Source: Azolla caroliniana
Lineage: Eukaryota > Plantae > Polypodiophyta
Length of the DNA stretch: 64,000 bases
NCBI GenBank assembly: GCA_043228905.1
Contig: JBHGNT010000001.1
Coordinates: forward strand, 24,738,001 to 24,802,000
Reading direction: 5' to 3'
Shown: positions 42,228-51,461 of the stretch, piece after piece
Layout of the letters: every line of letters begins with the position of its first letter
How positions within the stretch are numbered: position 1 is the stretch's first letter
Position numbers and translations under genes: made by a program
Notes under the pieces: generated by a model
Told to the model about the DNA's origin: nothing
The model's database searches: none
What the model saw: only the letters and a program-made list of their open reading frames with translations

Positions 42228-44773
42228 ATAATGTTAAGTCTGATGGTCTTCGCAAGTACGAGTCATGGTTTCAACTAGCGTTTAGAGATGGGGATGTCTG
42301 GGACCTACAAGATCAAAATTTTTCAATGTGGGAGAATAAGGAGGTCAAGGGTCAACGACAAAAGAAATGTAAGGTAGACCCCCAGCTCGAATTAAAATCA
42401 CAATCGGCGAAGAAAATTGACCTGACAATTGAAGAAGCAGCCGACGACATGAATATGTCTCTCTAGAGAGCAATGCAAGGCATTAAGGATGATGAACTTT
42501 TGGTGTTTGTGTTGTCAAGGGTTGTGGCCAAAGAATTGAGCCTCGAAGAGATGGTCACTGAGTTCAACAATTAAGTCTTCTCAAATAGTTAAACGAAACA
42601 AATATGGGTTTATATAAAGTTCTAATCTCTATTTGTGATTTCACAATCATAAGGTGTGTATGAAGATCCATGAAGTTACAATGAAACAACTTGGATGTAT
42701 AACTTGGGAACAAGTGACTGAGGATTACCCTCTGACGTCTTCATATAAGGCGTTATCTGAGTCTTTTATTGCATTCAAGGATTGGGTTAGTATTCGTCTT
42801 TATAATTGTTAGCCGGTTAGGCTAAAGTATGAAAGGAGAGCCGATTTTGGGGTAAAGGGAGTTGTAATAAGAATTAATTATTATAATTATAAGATCGAAT
42901 GGATGAACCCGGAATTGGTATGCTGAACCGGATCCGGACCAGCTGGTTGGCACTGGTTTGTAACACAGCTGGATACCTATAAAAGGATCCAGATATGATA
43001 TAATCAAAGACGGATAATGAATAGAGGAGTGTTGTTATTTTCATATCTTGGCTATCATGTTATTTCCGTTCTATGCTTAATAAGATTTATTCTACGCGCG
43101 TAAATAATCGATCCGGATAATAATCGGAAGAGGGATGACTCTATGTTACGGTCCTTCCATCCCTTACCGTACCACCCCTTTGGTGAAGTGTTCCAGAAGG
43201 ACACCATGTGTTAGTGGCTTGTCTAGCCTAGGATTAACATAGTTTTGGCGACCACGATGGGATTTAAAGTGGATTGGCCGGTAATCATCGCCGATTCTTT
43301 GCGAGTGGCCATCCAATCCGTAGTGGATGGCAAGAAAGTATGGACAGCGGTGGCCCAATGGCTCACCCTCCTCGCACCACCAGTGCCGACAATAAAGGTG
43401 AAGAAATGGGGCCGAGTGGCAGATGCAACTCCAAACAAGCCTTCAAAGCGGCAACAACTCCTTGACAGGCACATTCCCGGTTGGACAGAGGGAGGATCGG
43501 CACAAAAGGGAAAGGAACAACCCAGTCGGAAGCCGTAGGCGGAGACTGAGGCACTGGTAGAACCACCAGTAAAGCCCCTTAAAATCAAACTGCGCCGGCA
43601 AGAGCGAGAGGCGCCCACCTTGGCTCAAAGAATTAACATCAGAACCCAAGAGGAGGAGGCAGAGGAAGAACCCGCCGACGATTTCCTACGTCGTCAAAAG
43701 AGAAGCGACGCGGAGCAGCAAGGGGACGAATCGGGTCGGGTTGAGGACAACACACCGACTCCCTGCTCCGAGGGACGAGAGCTAAGGCAAGAGACCAGGC
43801 CTGTTTGGCTAGAAGCGACAACACCGGTGCTACCAGAACCGGTGATAGAACTACCTACCGCACCGGGTTGACAGGCACAACAAGAGAAGGAGTTGTTACT
43901 GGAGACAACAATGCACCACGGGGTTGAGGCGAGACCAGAGCCAACACCACAACAAGGCACCGACAGTCAATGGCTACATTTGATCGGGGAGCAGGTGGTC
44001 GGGGTTGTACGCCAGCTTGAAGCTGAAGAGAGAGCACAAGGGGACTGGTTGCTCGCCACAACCGAAGAACTCGAGAAAGCCCGGTCGAGGATCCGGAGCA
44101 TGGAGAAAGAAGTTGAGAAGGACAAAGCAGACACGGCCAAACAAGTCAGTCCGGGTCCGACAGGACCAGAACCGGTGGCACCGGTGACTGAACAGATAAA
44201 TAACACGTTGGTAGCTCCTACAACGCTGGACACAAGTGATGTACGCGAACAAGAACTCTCCAACCTAAGGGAGGAGTTGGCTGCCCAGGAGGCCTTAAGG
44301 GCCAGAGACAGGAAGCAGAAGAAGATAATGGAGGAAGAGAAGCGAAAAATAGAAGAAAACCTCCAAAAGACTCAAGCAGTGAACAACTGGTTAAAAGAAG
44401 AAAAAGACAAACTACCGCAAGAAAAAGACAAGCTGTGCTGGATGGCAAAGGAGAGATTGAATGACTGAAAGAAGAACTCTGACAACAGAAAGACAGAGAA
44501 GACCGAGAAAGAAGCCAAATCAATTGGAGATTAAATCAGGAAACCGAGGACTTTGAAAGATTGCACTAGAATCGCAAACACTTGGAAGCAGAGCACAAGA
44601 AGTTGATGGCGGAATGTGACCGGAAACATTAGAAGATAAGAGAACTCAAAAATGAAGTAACTAAGAAAACGGAGGCGTAGTCGGAAGAGTTTGTTGGGAG
44701 ACAGGTCCCTCCGGATGGGAAGGGAGAAGAACAGTGCCGACGAACAAACTCGGTCGAGGCCGAAACGGTATGA

Positions 44774-45100
44774 ACCGGATGGGGAGTACCCGACTGCGGA
44801 GAGCCGGATGGTGTAGGCCCGGTATAGACCGGATGAGGAGTACCCGGCTACGGAGAGCCGGATGGTGCAGACCCGGTGAAGACCGGATGAGGAGTACCCG
44901 TCTACGGAGAGCCGGATGGTGCAGGCCCGGTGAAGACCGGATGAGGAGTACCCGGCTACGGAGAGCCGGATGGTGCAGGCCCGGTGAAGACCGGATGAGG
45001 AGTACCCGGCTACGGAGAGCCGGATGGTGCAGACCCGGTGTGAACCGGATGAGGAGTACCCGGCTACGGAGAGCCGGATGGTACAGAACCGGTGAGAACC
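44774..45100 (+). repeat. 54-bp tandem repeat, 6 units, in the left copia LTR
   Basis: Unit ACCGGATGAGGAGTACCCGGCTACGGAGAGCCGGATGGTGCAGGCCCGGTGAAG. Confidence 0.95.
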
Positions 45101-45599
45101 GGAGGAAGAGACATATTCGTAAATATGTTTCTGAGAGCCCATCGAGGCTATATTTGTAAATAGCTGAAAAGTCATATTAGTATAAATATGACTTAGGGCA
45201 AACCTTTTTTGGTAGTTGTTGTTGTTATTCTTCCTTGTTGGTGCAAGAAGAAGCGAGAGCGCGTAACTATACAAAGAGAGAGAGAGAGAGACGAGGTCGT
45301 TGCCTCTGTTGTAACCGCCGCCTGTGGCGAAGATCTGAGAGCACGAGGTCGTTGCCGCAGTGAACTCACTGTTGTATATTCCTACATAGTGACAGTTTGC
45401 AGCCTGTGGGCTGCCGTGGTTTTTTCCCCTATTTTGGGGTTTTCCACGTAAACCTCCTGTGTACCATTTCTCCCCTTGGTGTCGCGTTTCATTACCTGTT
45501 TTTTCTGTGTATGAAAAGAATCTCGGTTGTGGCCGAGCGTCGGACATAAGGAACGTCGAGTTCCCATCAAGTGGTATCAGAGCGAAATCAACACAGAAA

Positions 45600-48500
45600 A
45601 TGGACGAATCGTTTGGCGGCATGTTCAAGCTCACCGGCTCCAACTATTCAGTGTGGAAGTCGAAGATGAGGGACATGCTCGTGGTTAAAGACCTCTGGCT
45701 GCCGGTTCAGTTCGGGGACAAGAGACCGGACAAAATCGACGCCGCGATATGGGAGGTGATGCACATGAAGACAACGACGTACATACGGTGCTTCATCGAC
45801 ATGAGCCTGTACAACAACTTCAATGAAGAGAGCAAGGCTCATGAGCTCTAGGAGAAGATCGGCATAATGTTCCAGAACAAAAATGCTGTCAATCAGGTGT
45901 CGGTATTCCGGAAGCTAGTAAGACTCCGGTACCAAGATGGCTCCAGCATGGCGGAGCATATGAATGCCTTCTAGGGGCTGATACACCAGGCAACGTCATT
46001 GGAAGTACCTCTTGCCGATGAGGTCCTAGCGCTACTCCTGCTCGGTTCCCTCCCGGATAGCTGGGAGACGTTGGTTGTCACTTTGGGCAACGCCGCGCCG
46101 GAAGGAAAACGGTTATCCCTAGCAAGAGTAAAGTCGAGCTTGCTAGATGAGGAGGCTCGTCGGAAAGACAAAGATACGAGCTCCGACTCCAAAGCGCTCC
46201 TTACCGAATCGGAACGCGGAAGACATAGAAACTGTAGTCCCCAGAACCGGGAGAAGTCGGGGACACGGTCAAAGTCAAGGGGGAGGCCTACTTGTTTCTA
46301 TTGCGGCAAGCCGGGACACTTCCAAAAGAACTGTCGGCATTTCCGTAAAGGCAAGGAAACCGACGGTACCGATTCGAAGCAAACCCCGAACCGGAACGGT
46401 AAAGACCGGAGGGGGCCGGACCGGAAGGGAACGACGGCAATTGCGGCAAGTGAAGAAGAGTTGATGCTCATCACCGAGGAGAGTGAGATAAACCATGCCG
46501 GCGACGAGATGACCTGGGTGGTAGACTCCGGAGCGTCGTTCCACCTTACCCCGGACCGGAAATGCTTCTCATCCTACTCAGCCGGTGATCACGGCTGTGT
46601 CCGGATGGGGAATGAAGGAACATGCCGAATTGTCGGCATAGGAGACGTGTGGCTGACAACACCAACCGGATGCAAGTTGTTGTTGAAGGATGTCCGACAC
46701 GTTCCGGAAGTTCGTCTGAACCTGATATCAGCCGGTCGGCTGGATGATGAAGGCTACACGGGTAGCATCCGGAACGGTGTCATGAAGTTCAGCAAAGGGA
46801 GCCTGATTGTGGCTCGGGCCCGGAAGGTAAACACACTGTACCTGATGAATGCCCGGTTATGTCCAGAAGAAGTGAACGTGGCTTCTGACACTGCCGGTGA
46901 GCTGTGGCACAAGAAGCTATGTCACATGAGTGAGAAGGGGATGAAGAGGCTTGGAGACGACAACCTCATTCCAGTGAAGAACGTGCACCTAGAGAAGTGC
47001 ACTGATTTTCTGGCCGGTAAGCAGAACCGGACCTCCTTCCGACCAAGGCCACCGATAAGACGTAATGCACCACTGGAGTTGGTGCATACGGATGTTTGTC
47101 AAGTAGACACGAAGTCACATGCCGGAGTGTAGTACTTCGTGACGTTCATAGATGACCACAGCCGGAAGCTGTGGGTCACACCGCTGAAGACAAAGGATCA
47201 GGTGTTATCGGTCTTCAAAGAGCTCCACGCGAGAGTGGAAAGAGAAACCGGATGGAAGCTGAAGGCGGTTCGAGCAGATAACGGAGGTGAGTACCGGGGG
47301 CAGTTCGAGGAGTACTGCCGCTCGAAGGGAATCCGGCTCGAATTTACCGTGCCGAAGACGCCGGAACTAAACGGACTGGCCGAGAGGATGAACCGGACCA
47401 TAATGGAGAGGGTTCGGAGTATGCTAGCGCATGCAAAACTACCCAAGAAGTTTTGGGCTGAGGCACTGTCGACGGCGACATATGTGATAAACAGATCACC
47501 CTCAGTACCCTTGGACGGAGACACGCCACAGAGAGTATGGACCGGTAAGGAAGTGTCCTACCCGCATCTGAGGGTGTTCGGGTGTCTCGCGTATGTGCAT
47601 GTAGCAAAGGACCGGAGAGGAAAGTTAGATCCAAAGACCCGGCCATGCATATTCCTCGGTTACGGTGACGATGAGTTCGGCTACCGAGTGTGGGACCCGG
47701 TCGACAAGAAGGTATTCCGGAGTCGAGATATTATCTTCATGGAGGACAAGACGCTCGCCGACTGGGAGTCGGAGAAGAAGGTAATGAACTCCGAGTCGAC
47801 CGGTAAGGATAGACTCTACAATGAGCAGACCCAACCGGCAAGAGACCGGTTAGCACTCGAGGAACCAGCCGGTTACGGTGAGGATACCGAACCGGCAGAA
47901 GAAGAAGTAGAGGAAGCTGAGACCGGAACCGGTCAAGACCCCGAATCGGATTCGGATGAAGAGCAAATGGAGGAACCGGTTACCGAAGCCCGAAGACGTA
48001 GATATCCTCTCAGAGAGAGAAGGGCGCCCTGGAGATTTCCGGATGCAGAGCATGTCCTGCTGACCGATGAGGGGGAGCCGGAAAGCTTCGAAGAAGCGAA
48101 GGAAGACACCCACAGCCGAAAATGGTTAAGTGCCATGCAGGATGAGATGGATTCCCTGCATGAGAACCATACGTACGAATTGGTGGAGCTGCCGAAAGGA
48201 AAGCGGGCACTCCGAAACAAGTGGGTGTTCAAGTTGAAACCGGGAGATGCCGGCAACCCCCCGAGATACAAAGCCAGGATCGTGGTGAAGGGGTTCCAGC
48301 AGAAGAAGGGCGTGGACTTCGACGAAATATTCGCCCTGGTAGTAATGATGACCTCCATCCGGACGGTGCTGAGTATAGCAGCAAGCATGGATCTCGAGGT
48401 AGAGCAGCTGGACGTGAAGACGGCATTCCTCCACGGCGACCTTGAAGAGGAAATCTACATGCAGCAACCGGAAGGATTTGTGGAGAAAGGGAAGGAGCAC

Positions 48501-49646
48501 CTGGTATGCCGGTTGAAGAAGAGCCTGTACGGACTGAAGCAGGCTCCCCGACAATGGTACCGGAAGTTCGACTCCTTCATGACTGATCAAGGGTACCATA
48601 AGACGCAGGCCGATCACTGCGTGTTCGTGAAGAAGTTCGAAGGAGGGGACTTCCTGATACTTCTCCTGTACGTGGATAACATGTTGATCGTCGGACGAGA
48701 CCAAGGCAAAATACGGATGCTGAAGAAGGCTCTCAACCGGACCTTCTCAATGAAAGACTTGGGTCCGGCAAGACAGATGTTGGGGATGCACATCATTCGG
48801 GACCGGTCAGTGAAGCAATTATGGCTGTCACAAGAGAAGTATGTGACAAAGGTGCTTCACCGGTTCAACATGTTAGATGCAAAACCGGTCGAATCGACAC
48901 TTCCGGCAAACTGCAAGTTGTCCGGCAAGCAAAGCCCGAAGACAAAAGGAGAGAAGGCAGATATGATGAAGATTCCATATGCCTCTGCCGTCAGGAGCTT
49001 GATGTACACAATGGTTTGTACCCGACCAGACATTGGATACGCAGTCGGAGTGGTGAGCCGGTTCATGAGTAATCCCGGCAAGGAGCATTGGAACGCGGTC
49101 AAATGGATACTCCGGTATTTGAAGGGCACTTCAAATATGTGTCTCTGATTCGGCTCTGGGAAACCTCAACTGGACGGTTTCACCGATTCGGACATGTCGG
49201 CTGATGTGGATACCAGCCGGTCTACATCCGGGTATGTGATGACATATGCAGGGGGAGCTGTTTCGTGGCAGTCGAGGCTGCAGAAGACGGTTGCATTGTC
49301 AACCACAGAGGCGGAGTACATGGCGGCTGTAGAAGCCGGCAAGGAAATATTATGGATGAAGGACTTCATCGGAGAGCTCGGTATCCGGCAAAAGGAATAC
49401 CGACTCTACTGCGACAGTCAAAGTGCCATCCACCTTGCTAAGAATGTGGCCTACCATTCTCGGACGAAGCATATCCAGCGGAGGTATCACTGGATCCGGG
49501 AAAGGGTAGATGACCAGGAGTTCGCACTGACGAAGATCCACACGGCCGAGAACAGGTCAGATATGCTGACCAAAGTGTTGACACCCGACAAGCTGGACGC
49601 ATGCCGGAAGAGGATCGGGCTGGAAAGACACCCCATGCCGGAGTGA
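45600..49646 (+). pseudogene. Copia gag-pol polyprotein in a single frame with 4 premature stops
   Basis: Motifs: CFYCGKPGH knuckle, WVVDSGASFH protease, LWHKKLCH..HTDVC..FIDDHSR..DNGGEY integrase, QLDVKTAFLHGDL/LYVDNML RT, ALSTTEAEY RNase H. Stops at 45849, 45972, 47130 and 49146. Confidence 0.93.
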
Positions 49647-49715
49647 AGGGGGAGTTTGTTGGGAGACAGGTCCCTCCGGATGGGAAGGGAGAAGAACAGT
49701 GCCGAAACGGTATGA

Positions 49716-50150
49716 ACCGGATGGGGAGTACCCGACTGCGGAGAGCCGGATGGTGTAGGCCCGGTATAGACCGGATGAGGAGTACCCGGCTACGGAGAGC
49801 CGGATGGTGCAGACCCGGTGAAGACCGGATGAGGAGTACCCGGCTACGGAGAGCCGGATGGTGCAGGCCCGGTGAAGACCGGATGAGGAGTACCCGGCTA
49901 CGGAGAGCCGGATGGTGCAGGCCCGGTGAAGACCGGATGAGGAGTACCCGGCTACGGAGAGCCGGATGGTGCAGGCCCGGTGAAGACCGGATGAGGAGTA
50001 CCCGGCTATGGAGAGCCGGATGGTGCAGGCCCGGTGAAGACCGGATGAGGAGTACCCAGCTACGGAGAGCCGGATGGTGCAGACCCGATGTGAACCGGAT
50101 GAGGAGTACCCGGCTACGGAGAGCCGGATGGTACAGAACCGGTGAGAATC
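49716..50150 (+). repeat. 54-bp tandem repeat, 8 units, in the right copia LTR
   Basis: Same unit as the left LTR. The 85-bp LTR length difference equals 2x54 minus a 23-bp segment found only in the left LTR. Confidence 0.95.
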
Positions 50151-51405
50151 GGAGGAAGAGACATATTCGTAAATATGTTTCTGAGAGCCCATCGAGGCTA
50201 TATTTGTAAATAGCTGAAAAGTCATATTAGTATAAATATGACTTAGGGCAAACCTTTTTTGGTAGTTGTTGTTGTTATTCTTCCTTGTTGGTGCAAGAAG
50301 AAGCGAGAGCGCGTAACTATACAAAGAGAGAGAGAGAGAGACGAGGTCGTTGCCTCTGTTGTAACCGCCGCCTGTGGCGAAGATCTGAGAGCACGAGGTC
50401 GTTGCCGCAGTGAACTCACTGTTGTATATTCCTACATAGTGACAGTTTGCAGCCTGTGGGCTGCCGTGGTTTTTTCCCCTATTTTGGGGTTTTCCACGTA
50501 AACCTCCTGTGTACCATTTCTCCCCTTGGTGTCGCGTTTCATTACCTGTTTTTTCTGTGTATGAAAAGAATCTCGGTTGTGGCCGAGCGTCGGACATAAG
50601 GAACGTCGAGTTCCCATCAAAACGAACGAAGGCGGTTGAGTTGGCAAAGTTGCTAGAGGAAGTGGCAAGAGAAAGGACTGTGCTTAGCGGACAACACTTT
50701 GACAAGATGGAACGAGAAAAGTAGGGTTCAAATAACGTATCAAACCCAATTGCTGGAATATGAGGTGCAAGCACAGGCAATCACGGGCCTGATAAAGAAG
50801 TTAAAGGAGGAAAATCATGTTGCGGAGGACAAATCCAAGATGGGGCTTAGCCGGATCTGCGACATTGTGCTAGCATGGAAAGAAAGGACAAAGATTATGA
50901 TTGGTGAAAGCTCAGTGCAATGGTGGTCAAAATGGGCACAATAGGTGACGGAATTACAAACGCTGTGAGTGGATGCGGAAAATCGGAGAAAGGATGGTGA
51001 CAACTTCTACAAGATGGATGCAGAGAGCATTGTAACCATCTAGGAGGAGTTGTCAGACGATTTCTTGTCCATGGCAGGGGAACAATTGGCGGTTGGTAGA
51101 ACTATTGGATGATGACTAGGTTGTCACTCAACTCCAATTTTAGCGGTACGAGCGGGAGCGTAGATGGTAGGTGGCCTCACAAATGAAGGCGATAATCAAC
51201 ATAAGTGATAGAGAGCAATCTCCAGAGCAGCCACCGAATGTAGCCGGAACCGGCCGAGGCCAGTCAGAAATAGCCAGACTGGAAGAGCTAGCGGAAGCAA
51301 AACGGGAACAACAGGCGAAGCCAAGGAAGGAAGAGCTAGAGCCAGAGGGGCCAAGACCCGTAGAGCCGGGAGCGTATGAAGCCGGAGAGGAGGATCATGC
51401 CGGAT

Positions 51406-51430
51406 AACAACAACAACAACAACAACAACC

Positions 51431-51460
<30 letters not shown>
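51406..51460. repeat. (CAA)n microsatellite
   Basis: Directly visible inside the Tat-like element. Confidence 0.95.

Positions 51461-51461
<1 letters not shown>

Larger units (their letters stand above)
44692..50619 (+). mobile_element. Full-length Ty1/copia (Tnt1/Tork-like): LTRs 44692-45569 and 49657-50619, PBS(iMet) 45572-45583, PPT 49641-49656
   Basis: Near-identical LTRs TGTTGGGAGA...TTCCCATCA, PBS TGGTATCAGAGC and PPT GAGTGAAGGGGGAG. Confidence 0.95.

Noticed and set aside
44531-45643. Long antisense ORFs over the LTRs (370 aa here, 407 aa at 49557-50780)
   Set aside because: They are by-products of stop-free 54-bp repeats and GA tracts, with no protein motifs.
44774-50150. Regular 54-bp repeats resembling a CRISPR array
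   Set aside because: Units are contiguous with no unique spacers, lie inside copia LTRs, and have no cas genes nearby; the context is eukaryotic.
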